A DNA stretch of 64,000 nt, from NCBI GenBank assembly GCA_964016885.1, contig OZ024750.1:5394001-5458000 (forward strand). The letters are read 5' to 3'. A program made the translations under genes and the position numbers. The notes beneath the pieces were generated by a model. It had not been told where the DNA came from. It saw nothing but the letters and a program-made list of their open reading frames with translations, and ran no database searches. Shown one piece after another: positions 29,241-58,655 of this stretch. Position 1 is the stretch's first letter; every line of letters starts with the position of its first letter. Source of the stretch: Eledone cirrhosa (lineage: Eukaryota).

Positions 29241-31207
29241 ATAATAATAATAATAATATAAAGTAAGAAAAATTTAAATATCATATAGCCCCATCTCTCA
29301 CTAAAAGGAGTTTTCTTGTCATCAAAATGAGTTGCTTTCAATTTTTCTAACATTGGCCTACACAAATTCTGTACACTACTGTTACTACAACAACTATATA
29401 TGTGTTATTCGAGAAATGCAATGTAGCACAATTCTCTAAGTTTCTATTTATCTTCTATTTCTAATTCTATTTTCTGATGAAGGATTAGTGTCCAAAACGT
29501 TAAGACTCTCTTCCTGATATTTTGAGCATTAAACTAATATATTTCTTCAATGTACTGTGTCGTTTGCTTTGTTATTTCTATCTACTTTTTGACACACATG
29601 CACACACACACACATACACATACACACACACATATATACACACATATATATATACACACACATATATATATATACACACACATTCTTATAATCACAAGGA
29701 TGAACTCTGTAAGAATTCATGTTAAAGCCCAACTAGTTAATTATAAGAAAAAAGGGAAATTCTTAACCATGAAATAGTTAAAGAGCTAATAGAATGTTTT
29801 ACTAGTTTTAGCAGAAAGCCAGATACTTTTTGGAGAAAAGAAAGTTGTCCCAGTACTTAACTGGTACTTTATTTTATCCACCTCGGCATGATGAACGGCA
29901 AAGTTGACCTTGGTGGGATTTGAACTCAAATAGCTGGAACAAACAGTGTTGAATATTTATCCAACATTCTACAGACTCTGCCAACCCATTGAAAACCAGT
30001 TCAGATCAAATGAAATACTTCTGCAGTGGGAAGAAGAATCTACTTTGTTAAGAAAAAATAAATGTTTGCTTTCAAACATAAGTAAAACCTCACAAAGAAA
30101 AGATTAACAAAAGAGATATGCTTACAATTGAAGAGAGAGAGAGAGAGATTTACACTAACCAAATTATATGTAACTCTTAATATACTGTCATAGTTTAGTA
30201 GAAAATATCTAAAAATGGATTTTTTAATTCAAATAATTTTACTACTGGACAGATCGGTGTGAACATTTGTAGTAAACTAAAGTAAAGACTTTGATTTTTA
30301 ATGTGATACAGCCAGTGATGTTTTGTACTTTTCAAGAATGTCTTGTTACTGCGATTTTATGTGGTGTATGATATTAAGAGATAATATTAACAGCATTTAT
30401 GAGAGATTCATGGTATGGTGTTTTTGATGTAAAAGAAAAACTGGTGAGTGACTTTGATTTTAGAAATTAAATTTGTTTAAAAAGTTGAAGTTAGATAAAT
30501 ATGTAGATATTAAATATTTAGTTATGTAACAAGTTAGGGTATATTTTTCAGAATTTTTCTGTTTTTCTTTGACACTTTTTAACTTATACTTTTCATAGTA
30601 TTTCAGCTATTGTATTTGTGTATGGAATATGTGTTTGGTTATAAATTTAGTAAAATTATTTATCATTACATATGAGGCAGACAGAGATATAATAATAATA
30701 ATAATAACAATAATAATAATGATAATAAAATAATGAACAGTAATCATAATGATGATGAATTTTTTTATATTGGCACAAATCCACAAATTTGTAGAGGAGG
30801 AGTTTAGTCGGTTGAATTACCGGCTAATATAGGATTGATATCATATTAACATCAAAAGGATAAAAGGCAAAGCTGGCCCCAGGAAGGGAGGTAATTTTCA
30901 CTTAGAACATAGATTGAAACTAAATAACAAAAGGTATTTAGTCTAGTCATCTACCATTTCCAACAACAATACCAACAACAACAACAATTTCTTACATTGG
31001 AATAGGAGCAAACATTTCAAGAGGTAGGGTATATAGTAGTTAAATCAAACTTGTATATGACATCCATAAACTTGTTTTTTTTAAACCTCAATGATATAAG
31101 TTGACCTAGTATTTCAGCTAAACAAAAAGAGGGATGGATGGAAATAAATACAGCTAGGTATTTAGTTTAGTGCTTTTACCTTTCTTTCACTCTATCTTAA
31201 TAATCTA

Positions 31208-31410
31208 ACATTGGCACAAAGTCAGCAATTTTGGGGAAAAGGCAAATATTGGCCCCAGTACTTGACTGCTACTTTATTTTATCAACCCTAGAAGGATAAA
31301 AAGCAAAACTAACCATAGTAGGATTTGAACTTAAAATGAAAAGGGCCATAACTAAATACCATAAAACATTTTGTCTGATGCTCTAATGATTCTGCCAATC
31401 CACTGCCTTA
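31208..31410 (-). mobile_element. Older diverged SINE family A copy (more at ~7520-7680, 23935-24080, 29845-29990, 30770-30960)
   Basis: Degenerate match to the family body. Confidence 0.6.
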
Positions 31411-32934
31411 ATAATATTAATAATAAGGGGGTGAATGTAACCTAACCTTCACATGGTTCACTCTTGTTAAAGAGAGTAAGAACTCCCTGAATTGATATGC
31501 CAGAGGGGCAGGAGGAGGTCCACAGCCCTGGCTGGTAACCCACCTAAGTTAAGGAAACATGTAGTAGTAGAAGTAGTAGTAGAAGTATGAGTGTATATTT
31601 TTGGCATAAAACCCCCCACCAAAAAAAAAAAAGCCCGCAAGGGTTTGCCCAAAGTGGAATGTGTCTATCTTCAGCTCTTCCAGCCTTACCCATCACACAA
31701 CAACTTTCACCATAGCCAACAGACAGAGGAAAAAAAAAACCCATCCTGCCCTTCTTGGCCAAAAGAAGATGGTGAGGCAATCTTTACAATGGAGTCAGAC
31801 GATAATAATTTCTATAATTGGCAGGAAGGTAGCTTCAACTCTATTTTTTGTTACTATCAAAATCAACAACATTAGTGGCTACAACTGTAAATAAATGTCT
31901 CTTTTTTTCTACAAAATGTTTGAGTATATATGGCCGTGTGCATATGTGAGTGCATGTATCTATATTTCTAGGTATGTATCTATATCGGTGCAGCATACAT
32001 ATATGTGTATGTAATCTCAATTGAGAATTTATAAGCACATAATTCATACACACTCACTTATACATTGTCTTTATGTCTGTCTCTCTCTCACTCTTCTTCT
32101 CTTCTTCTCTTCCATATTCTCGCTCTCTTCTTCTCTTCCATACTCTCGCTCTCTTCTTCTCTTCCATACTCTCACTCTCTTCTTCTCTTCCATACTCTCG
32201 CTCTCTTCTTCTCTTCCATACTCTCATTCTCTTTTCCCCATTCTTACTCCTACTCTTTCTTTCACTCTCTCTCTCTCTATTTGTCTGAAGAATTCCTACA
32301 GGTAAAACAATAACTAAACAAAAAAACCCCCCAAAAAACTTCAAATATTCGAAACTCTATGCAATGTTTCCATAAATGATGGCTGTGTTTGATTTATTTT
32401 GTGAACCAAGTGCAAATTGCAAGGTATTGTAACATAGTATAATGTTATCTCTACCACAGTTGCAATATCACTGCACATTAACTCATACACATCTCACCAT
32501 TGCTGCAACCAACACAGTATTCTCTCTATTATTATCTTCATCGTTTCAGACTGGCATGGTTTCCATGTCTGGAGGCCCTTCCTAACATCAACTGCCTCAC
32601 ACAGTATATTTGGTACATTTTTTGTGGTACTACCACTACCATCTTACAAAGTGTACTGGTTTTTTTTTTTTTTTTTTTTTTTGGACTGGGTGTATTTTTT
32701 GTACTACTAGCAGTACCACTTTATAGACTACCCTCCCCCTCCCCTAAAAAAAAATTACTATTATTATTTATATCAAAGTTTAGCCTTATGTTAAGTCCTG
32801 ATTGACTAGATTATGATTTTTAGGCATTCCTTATTTGAGTGGTGGACAAAATGCTTTGTGGTTTTTATTATTAGTTCTTTACTCTCCGAGTTCAAATCTT
32901 GCCAGGGTAAAAAAAAAAAAAAATAATAATGAAA

Positions 32935-33225
32935 ATTATTGTGTACAGTGCTCAGGTGTACTACAACTCATCAAAGATGCATGTATAGTACATAGAATAA
33001 TGTACAAATGTCAGGAAAGTGAAACACTGTATGAGTTATGATATACACACAGACACATGCCTGCATGTGTGTGGAGGGCGAATATCAGATGTAGTGTTGG
33101 CAAATTTTAGGAAGCATGGAAGTTTTGAAGGATGCAGTGTCCTGATAGCTAACAACTGATGTAGGTAGTTTGTTCTATGCTTCAGCAACTGTGAGAGTGA
33201 AAAAATGTTTCTGAAAGTCATGGGA
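32935..33225 (-). mobile_element. CR1-like LINE 3' remnant (tail also at ~37780-37895)
   Basis: Same sequence family as 52652-52990, uninverted. Confidence 0.6.
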
Positions 33226-33591
33226 TCTGGTGTTGGTAAAATAAAGACCCAGTTAAGTAGCAAGGTTGATTTAATCAATTGTCTTGTGCCATTAAAATAT
33301 ATTGATCTTGTGTCTAAATTAGAAACCATTATACTTATTAATTCCATCCCCAGCTAAAAAAAAAAAAAAGAACTTTAATTATTTAGCGGCGATGTATTTG
33401 TTTTGCAAGGGTTTTCATATAAAATCATGTGTTGAAGCAGATATAGTTATATTGTAGGACAACATGATCCTCCCCAAATATAATAATACTATTATACTAT
33501 TGTTGTTTAGCCCTAGGACATACTGATTGACCAAACCATGATCTAAAGGCATTCCATTCCTGACTATTCTATACATGTGTCCTTGTTTTAT

Positions 33592-34152
33592 TTAACCCTT
33601 TAGTATTTACATTACTCTATATTTACTTTTGTATTTTCACGGTAAAGGCTTTATCTTACATACTTATCTCACATAATATCGAATCTATGAGATTTTGATA
33701 TTATTTATTTTGAGAGCTGTAACTGACCACTCATACTGATGTCCAGGTATTGTTCTCAAAATAAATAATTGTTTCTACTTTTGGCACAAGGCCAGCAATT
33801 ACCGAGTGTATTACTGGTACTTTATTTTATGGACCCCGTAAGGATGAAAGGCAAAATTAACCTCGGTGGGATTTGAACTCAGATCATAAAGGGACATAGA
33901 GTTACGTCCCTTTATGATCTGAGTTCAAATCCCACCGAGGTTAACTTTGCCTTTCATCCTTACGGGGTCCATAAAATAAAGTACCAGTAATGCATTGTGT
34001 AATTGCTGGCCTTGTGCCAAAAGTAGAAACAATTATTTATTTTGAGAACAATACCTGGACATCAGTATGAGTGGTCAGTTACAGCCGGTTTGGACAGAAA
34101 GAGGTGAGAGAATTCTGGCCGGATATGGCCGTTTTAAATGCTAAAGAGTTAA
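33592..34152 (+). mobile_element. piggyBac-type MITE family 1 containing a fold-back SINE pair
   Basis: TIRs and TTAA are present; there is an internal palindrome at 33716-34085. Confidence 0.75.
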
Positions 34153-34824
34153 AGATAGTAGGATGCAATTTGAGGAAGAGTTGGCTGTTCTTTCTAGCAT
34201 GTCGAATGAAATGACCATATTGAGGCATCATTGTTGCTTTGTATTACTACAAGTGGTAGCAATAGTAGTTACTACTACTATTAGTAATTCTACTATTACT
34301 AACGCCAACATTACCAAAGCGGCTGCTTCTGCTAATGTTTCCTGGACATTATTCTTCATGTGTTTGATAATCACGTCTGGAGACATTCTCAACGTGTGAT
34401 AGTTTCTTCAGCCGGATGTTTGTTAATTAAAATTTTTACTTACACTGAAACTGAACCAGTAATTATAGTTTGTTTGTGAATCAGAATTCTCTAACACCCT
34501 ATTTATATACATTGTGTATGTGTGGGTGTATCTCTCTCTCTTTATATATACACACATACATATATATATATATTTATACACACACATACATATATATATA
34601 TATACACATATGTACACACACACACACACACATATATGTGTGTGTGTATATATATATACAAGTATATATGTGTGTGTGTATATATATATATACAAGTATA
34701 TATATGTGTGTGTATATATATATATATATATGTATACATTATATATACTCACACATAAATCCATTTTCCTTTTCTATTTATATCTTTTTTTTCTAATTTT
34801 AACTATTTCTATTTGTCTGGTTAT

Positions 34825-35132
34825 CTATCTACCTACCTACAAACCCACCTATCTACCTACCTATCTACCTACCTACCTACCTAGCTACTTACATACCTAC
34901 AAACCCACCTACCTACCAACCTACCTACCTACAAACCCACCTATCTACCTACCTACCTACCTACCTACCTACCTACCTACCTACAAACCTACCTATCTAT
35001 CTACCTACCTACCACCTACCTATCTACCTACAAACCTACCTACCTATCTACCTACTGCGTAAACCTACCTACCTACCTATCTACAAACCTACCTATCTAT
35101 CTACCTACCTACAAACCTATCTATCTACCTAT
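34825..35132. repeat. (CTAC)n / (CTAT)n tetranucleotide microsatellite
   Basis: Directly visible. Confidence 0.9.
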
Positions 35133-35791
35133 CTCATTTTTTTCGGGGGTATGTGTTACCCATATAAACTGTCTCCCCCTATTGGGGAAAATCGACTAAT
35201 TTTTAAATTGCATTTGTGATAATATTTTACACGTTTTTATTGTATGTAAACTTCCCCCTTTGTATTTGTCCCCTTCTTTTGTGCCCCTGTGGCCAATAAA
35301 GAAACATATCTATCTATCTATTTACTTACCAACCACCAGGTCACATGGGGTGGGTGACAGGTAGCATGGGTCTACTCCAAGTTCTAGTTTCTTTTATCTA
35401 GTCCTCAATGCTCTTTTCTTTTGTTTGTCTACCTCTCAGTATGTAGACAGGTGCTGGAACTGAGGGGACTACAAGCCAGGGTGGTGCTCGATGTATGGTT
35501 AATAAAACTTGTGAAACTCAAGTTAAAATGGCTGCGTTCACTATTGGGATTTTACCTTTTTACTACTACTACTACTACTACTACCACTGCTAGATATAAT
35601 GTTTCAACCCGATGTAAATAATAATAATAATAATAATAATAATGATAATAATAAAGGCATGCTTACTGGGAACAGCAAGGACCCTTCGGTACGCCCTGAA
35701 TATCTGAGGCTGCAGGTAGCAGCTTCATTCTTCATTAGGGCAAATTTTCCGGTTAAATAACAACAATGATTGAGATATCAAAGTAGTAGTA

Positions 35792-35823
<32 letters not shown>

Positions 35824-36507
35824 CGTTTCTACTTTTGGCACAAGGCCAGCAATTACCCCAGTGTATTACTGGTACTTTAATATTAATAATCATAATAATC
35901 AGTTGTTGTTGGTAAAGTTGTTTATTTTTTTGCTATGTTTTTTTTTTGGTATGTTGTTGCTAATAGTTATATGGTATTTAAAAAAAAGAAAAAGAAAAAA
36001 AAGAAAGAAAAAAAAGAAAGAAAAAAAAACAGGATTGTTTCAGTAAACATTCTAGTTTACATTCTTACTGAAATTGTATGTTATGGATTAGTGAAGAATT
36101 TGAGGAAATAGGAAGGTAGATGATGTAGATGATGATGTTATCTGAATAAATGACTATATTCAGAAGATCCAGAAAAAAAAAACGAAAAAAAAAAACAAAA
36201 AACAAAAAAACAAAAAACAAAAAAAAAAAACAAAAAACAAACAAAAACAAACAAAAACAAAACAAAAACAAACAAAAAATATTACTATTAGTATTAATGT
36301 TTTCTTTTTTTTTTACTATTAATAACAATAATGATAATAATAATAATAATAATAATAACAATAACTATTATGAATTATTATTTTTTTTTTAAAATGGTTT
36401 TAAAAAATATAAATAAAAAGGACGTAATATGATGAAAGAGAAAAGATTTTGGTCAGAACAGAAATGGGCTTCTGGTCTGATAAAGTCGAATTCTAGTTGC
36501 CTGTTGC

Positions 36508-52411
<15,904 letters not shown>

Positions 52412-52454
52412 CTGCAATAAAAAAAAAAAGATGGAATTATAATAAACGAAATAG

Positions 52455-52617
52455 ACCAGCAATTATCCCAGTGCATTACAGGTACTTTATTTTATCGACC
52501 CCGTAAGGATGAAAGGCAAAGTTAACCTTGGCAGGATTTCAACTCAGATCATAAAGAAATGTAACTCTATGCTGCAAAGCATGGCGTCCGACCCTCTACT
52601 GATACTGCCAATCCACC
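52455..52617 (-). mobile_element. SINE family A, ~45 bp from the exon A acceptor
   Basis: Similarity to 48420-48600. Confidence 0.8.
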
Positions 52618-52651
52618 AATATATTTATTATAATATAATAATAATGAAAAT

Positions 52652-52990
52652 GATTGTGTACAGTGCTCAAGTGCACTACAACTCATCAAAGGTGCATGTA
52701 TAGTACATAGAATAATGTACAAATATCAGGAAAATAAACAGTGTATGAGGTATTATATGCACACAGACACACACATGACTTTCGGAAACATTTTTTCATG
52801 CTCAGAGTTGCTGAAGCATGGAACAAACCACCCCTATCAGTTGTTAGCTGTCGGGACACTGTATCCTTCAAAACTTCCATGCTTCCCGAAATTCACCAAC
52901 ACTACACCTGACATTCCTCCTCCATACACACGCATGCATGTGTGTGTATATTATGACTCATACACTGTGTGTATATCATGACTCATACAC
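52652..52990. mobile_element. CR1-like LINE 3' remnant with internal inversion
   Basis: Plus strand ~52790-52911 translates FFMLRVAEAWNKPPLSVVSCRDTVSFKTSMLPEIHQHYT*, resembling the WN.LP..VV...FK C-terminus of CR1 ORF2. The tail is in the opposite orientation. Confidence 0.6.
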
Positions 52991-52996
52991 TGTTGA

Positions 52997-53175
52997 CGGT
53001 AGAGGGTCGGACGCCATGCTTTGACGCATAGTTACAGCCCTTGCCATTCTGAATTCAAATCCCGCCAAGGTTAACTTTGTCTTTCATCCTTACGGGGTCG
53101 ATAAAATGCAGTACCAGTAATGCACTGGGATAATTGCTGGCCTTGTGCCAAAAGTAGAAACAATTATTATTATTA
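52997..53175 (+). mobile_element. SINE family A
   Basis: Similarity to 48420-48600; (att)n tail. Confidence 0.8.
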
Positions 53176-54689
53176 TAAGAAATAACAGTTACACAAATAA
53201 TTATTCATACAACTACTGAAAAGCAACAACAAAGATATATTAAAAACTAAGAGAATATTAGTAACTAAGGGCCTTGGATGTGGGATATAAGACTGCAAAC
53301 AATTTAACTGATATTGTCTTATACTTCTTTTAGATAAAATATACGACACCGTTTGTCCTTAATTAATCATTATGCTTCTTTTATCATGTCTTTTGTTTTA
53401 ATGCTGGTATGAGTTGGATGGTCAGTTATAGTTTACAGCCAATTGTCTCAGTTTGAGGTGGAGTAGGCTGAAGTTGGACTTGAAATATAGTTAAAAATAG
53501 ACATAGCTCAAACTTCATAATTGAGTGAAAGAAAGATGTTGGATTTTATAACTACATTAAGCCATGACAATTTATACATTATTGTTCGGTGAATAAGAAA
53601 TTAGGGTAATTAAATTCCAGGGAAATAACTCTTGATAAACAAAGAGAAAGCAGCTAGATGATGGAATAATGAAAAGAGTGGTGTTCAAACATTGCTGCCC
53701 TCTTTAGCATGGAGGACTCCAGGTGCTAGCCATCTCACGGTCCCAGTGGACAGAATGGAGAGAGAGCGCTGTTCCAGAGGATGGTGAAAGAGACACGTTA
53801 AAATAGCCATTCCAACTCGCTAGGGCTCCCTCATGTAGGTTGCCAACACAACCCTGATATCATATTGTTAACACACACACATATTAACACACACCACACA
53901 CATTAAGACATACACCACACACCACATACATGAAGAAACACGCCATACACACATGAATTAAATAAGGAAATAAAAAATATATTTCATAGTTAATGACAAC
54001 AAAATATGAATAATGATTAAAACACATTTTTCACCGGATCGAGCATTATAATATATAAGTGTAAATAATAATGGTTTCTTATATAGGCACAAGGCCAGCA
54101 ATCTTGGGGAAGGGGAAAGTCGATTAAAGTGTAAAAAATAAAAATGAGTTAAAATAAGTAAAAAAATGAATCCGGGAGTTAAAAAATAATTATAAATGAA
54201 AAAGTAAAAAAAATATGAATATGGGTGTTAACCCCCCCCCCCCTAACCAGCAAAAAAAAAAAAACAACAAACAAACAAAAAAAAAAGCAACAAAAAAAAA
54301 AAAGCAAATGAGAATTTTACAGTAAAAACAAATTAAGCATTCCTCAAACATACATTAATAAAAAACATTATATTCACGAATTTCCAGGAGAAATAGAACA
54401 TATTTTTGTTTCATATTGTGTAATATTTGCTCTAATAACTTGTGAAACTATCAGAGTTGTGTGGACTACGGTAAATTTATATTCTACAGTCATCAGCTTT
54501 GTGATGTGTGAATATCAAAGAGAAACCGAAAGTGATAAAACTTCAGCTATTTTCAAAGAAAGTAGGAGACCATAATTGTCAGTATCGCAAACTTTCATTA
54601 AACAAAACTAAACTTGTGACAGGATCAAACATTATATGTCACTAAAGTAAAAATATAATATGTATTTCTTGCTAGATATATACACACAT

Positions 54690-55190
54690 GTTTATATATG
54701 AACAATATGTGTGCAGACATGTATATACACTCACATATGTATGCACACACACAAACACATACACATATATACGTACACACACACCCATGTATAAACACAC
54801 ATACATATGTATGCACACACACACACACATATAAGTACGTACACACACGCCAACACATACACCAGCTCCACACCAACACATCAATACACACAAACCACAT
54901 ATCAACACCCACCCACCAACCCATACACATCAACACACACACACACTCACATCAACACACAATCACACCAACACACACATCAACACACTTCAACACACAC
55001 ACATCAACACACACCAACACACACACTTACATCAACACACACCAACACACAGACACACACACACAGACACACACACACCAACAAACACACACCCACACAC
55101 ACACACCAACACACACACATCAACACACACCAACACACATCAACACACACACACCAACACACACACACACACATCAACACACACCAACAT
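54690..55190. repeat. CA-rich low-complexity tract
   Basis: Directly visible. Confidence 0.9.
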
Positions 55191-55428
55191 ACTTCCGTGA
55201 GTGAAACAGCTGATATTTAGTAGACTTTCACTCACTTTAGATTAGGTTTCACTTTAGATTTTTGTTGGCAGGATTTACATGCATGTGTGTACACCCACCC
55301 ACACACACAGTGTTTCTCCCTCTTAAAGTTATATATCTAGCTGTCGGGAATGGTCAGAGCTCAGCCACCGGGTACTGAATCTTTTCATATATATATATAT
55401 ATATATGTATATACACTCACATATGTAT

Positions 55429-55464
<36 letters not shown>

Positions 55465-55650
55465 CATATATGTAAAGTGGATGTGTAAAAGACATGGCAA
55501 AAAGCACTCAGCCCACACTGTCAATGTGGTTGGTGTTAGGAAGGGCATCCAGCCGTAGAAATCCATCCAGAAACACTCCCATATGAGCGAGACATGGGAC
55601 CCGTCTAACCCATGCTAGCATGGAAGATGGACGTTAATCGATGATGATGA

Positions 55651-55685
<35 letters not shown>

Positions 55686-56562
55686 CACCCCCGTCCCACT
55701 ACCCCCAACCCATCCACACCACCCCCTTAAATGTGAAGTTATGTTGGTACCACAACATCCAGTCCGAAACAAATGAGGTCGTGTAGGTGTCACGACAAAA
55801 AAAACAAAAAAACACACAGTCCACGCTGTAATGTGGCCGTGTAGGTAACACGGTAAAAACCTCCCTGTACACACTGTAAACGTGGTTGGTGTTGGGCAGG
55901 GCACCCAGCCGTAGAAAACCCGCCAGACGTGTAGGTGTCACGACAAAAAAACACACAGTCCACGCTGTAATGTGGCCGTGTAGGTAACACTGTAAAAACC
56001 TCCCAGTCCACACTGTAAACGTGGTTGGTGTTAGGAAGGGCATCCAGCCGTAGAAAACCCGCCAGACAGTCCTATACGAGCAGGACAACCAATCTTGCCT
56101 CAAGTGGGAAAACTCCCATGGAAGATGGACGTTAAACGATGATGATGATATATATATATTAACTAGTCTGTGTATAATTATAATATTATGATCCAGCATT
56201 AAAAGAATGCTTATAGCCTACATCAGACCCCAAAATGTCACCCAGGTTGGACCACCTCCCTCTAGCCATGCTACTGTTGCCTCATACTCTAATGTCCAGT
56301 TTTATCTATCTACAGAATATATTAAACACATTAAAGTGAAAACATTCTCTGTGTATCATCATCACCGTTTTACGTCCGTTCTTCCGTCTAACCCATGCTA
56401 GCGTGGAAGAACGGACGTAAAACGGTGATGATGATACACAGAGAATGTTTTCACTTTAATCATCAGACATAAATATAATCCCAAACCTGAAACAGTTTTA
56501 TTAATTTGATAGTAAGCTAAGTTCATTAAGATATTGAAATTGTTGTTATTATTTACCACAAA

Positions 56563-56995
56563 AGGGGTGGGTGGTTTGGTAGAATCAGTAGTGTTGGACA
56601 CCAAGCTGTAGCATAGAGTTACAGCCTTTTACGTTCTGAGTACAAATCCTGCCAAAGTTAGCTTTGCCTTTCATACTTACGGGGTTGATAAAATAAAGTA
56701 CCATTAATGCAGTAGGGTCAATTTAATCGATTTTCCCTTCTCCCAAAATTGCTGGCCTTGTGCTTATAGTAGAACTCCTTATTTACCACAAAAAGGGCAG
56801 TGGATTGGCAGTATTGGTTGAGCATTGGACAATATGCTTTGTGACATATAGTTACACCCCTTTATGTTCTGAGTTCAAACCATGCTGAGGTTAACTTTGT
56901 CTTTCATCCTTATGAGATCGATAAAATAAAGTACCAGTAATGCACTGAGGTCGATTTAATCAACTTTCCCCCTCCCACAAAATTGTTGGCCTTGT
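56563..56995 (+). mobile_element. Two tandem SINE family A copies
   Basis: Head-to-tail copies, each preceded by ttatttaccacaaaa. Confidence 0.75.
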
Positions 56996-57320
56996 AAATG
57001 AACTGAGAAAAAAACTAGGTATGAGAGGAATCAGATGTCGTGTGCTGGAGAGAAGATTGTACTGGTATAGTGATGGATGTGAATAATGGTTATTGAATAA
57101 AGAGCTGCCAAGAGATCCCAGTGGAGGGAAGTTGCAGTAGAGTGAAACCAAGAAAGATATGGACAGAGGTTATGAGAGTTAATCCCAAATAGCTAGAGCT
57201 CACAAAGGAAATGACAAAGGACTGTAAGGAGTGGGAGGGATGCTGGACTGTTGTGCAAGAAAAGACCTGTCCAAACCATGCAAGCATTGAAAAAAATCAC
57301 GTAAAACACTGATGATGAGG
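56996..57320 (+). mobile_element. RTE-like LINE 3' remnant
   Basis: Degenerate translation NELRKKLGMRGIRC...ERRL.WY...VEGSC.R..PRK.W resembles the RTE ORF C-terminus, followed by a (gat)n-like tail. Confidence 0.55.
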
Positions 57321-57487
57321 ATTATGATTTCTCTTTTGTGCACTTATCTTTGTGTTTTCCCCCACAGATATTTTAGCCAAATATAAACTACATCAATCTC
57401 ACCAGTATAGGAAGGTCTGAAGAGGTCATGACAATTACATCCTTATTCAATCCACAACTTCAAACCTACGAATTCGTTTCAAACAAG

Positions 57488-57908
57488 TCACAACTACAAA
57501 GCTATGAACTCTCTTCCACCAGTTCACAACTACAAAGCTATGAACTCTCTTCCACCAGTTCACAACTACAAAGCTATGAACTCTCTTCCACCAGTTCACA
57601 ACTACAAAGCTATGAACTCTCTTCCACCAGTTCACAACTACAAAGCTATGAACTCTCTTCCACCAGTTCACAACTACAAAGCTATGAACTCTCTTCCACC
57701 AGTTCACAACTACAAAGCTATGAACTCTCTTCCACCAGTTCACAACTACAAAGCTATGAACTCTCTTCCACCAGTTCACAACTACAAAGCTATGAACTCT
57801 CTTCCACCAGTTCACAACTACAAAGCTATGAACTCTCTTCCACCAGTTCACAACTACAAAGCTATGAACTCTCTTCCAACAGTTCACAACTACAAAGCTA
57901 TGAACTCT
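57488..57908. repeat. 33-bp minisatellite (tcacaactacaaagctatgaactctcttccaccagt-type) x~13
   Basis: Directly visible, with near-identical units. Confidence 0.95.
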
Positions 57909-58100
57909 TATTTATTATCTTATAAATACATTAAAAAGAAACCTTTTGCTTTATAATACAATTGAGATCCCCGCTACTTGAGGAACTCTATAAACTATAT
58001 AAGTATATATAGACTACACAGATTAAATGAAAAAACAAGCTTCTATAACTAGCAAGCTCTTGATGGTCTATATAAGTCTATAATAGACAATTTATACTGA

Positions 58101-58521
58101 TTAACACTTTAGCATTTAAACCAGCCAGAATTCTCTCACCTATTTCTGTTCAAACTGGCTGAAACCGGCCACTCCTAGTGATGTTAAGGTATTGTTCTCA
58201 AAATAAATAATATCAAAATCTCATAAATTCAATATTATGTGGGATAATTATGTGAGATAAAACCTTTACAGTGAAAATATAATTGTTTCTACTTATGGCA
58301 CAAGGCCAGCAATTATCCCAGTGTATTACTGGTACTTTATTTTATCGACCTCGTAAGGATGAAAGGCAAAGTTAACCTCGGCGGGATTTGAACTCAGACC
58401 GTAAAGGGACGTAACTGTGCTGCAAAGCATGGCGTCTGACCCTCTACCGATACTGCCAATTCACCACCTTACAGTGAAAATATAATAGTAAATGTAGGGT
58501 AATATAAATGCTAAAGTGTTA
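58101..58521 (-). mobile_element. piggyBac-type MITE family 1 interrupted by a SINE
   Basis: TIRs are present. The SINE at 58284-58468 is flanked by an 18-bp duplication, ttacagtgaaaatataat. Confidence 0.75.
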
Positions 58522-58655
58522 CCAGAGACCCTATAGAGCTTGTCTTGTTAAGACTGTGTGTTACCTAAGCTACTGGTCTATTGTACTTCTGACCTAGTTG
58601 TATTCAACATCAATTATTCTCTACATCATTTCACAGCAAGACTAAATATATAAAC

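Noticed and set aside
31467-31894. Cluster of short ORFs in moderately GC-richer sequence
   Set aside because: Interrupted by homopolymer runs, with no recognisable domain or splice pattern; probably a decayed repeat.
52412-52462. N-terminal extension of the 477-aa ORF (MLVYFVYYNSIFFFLLQ)
   Set aside because: Non-ATG start inside a SINE, running through the polypyrimidine tract of the acceptor; this is intronic sequence.
57428-57956. ORFs (SYELSSTSSQL)n and overlapping frames
   Set aside because: A 33-bp minisatellite open in several frames, with no synonymous variation or splice context indicating coding function.
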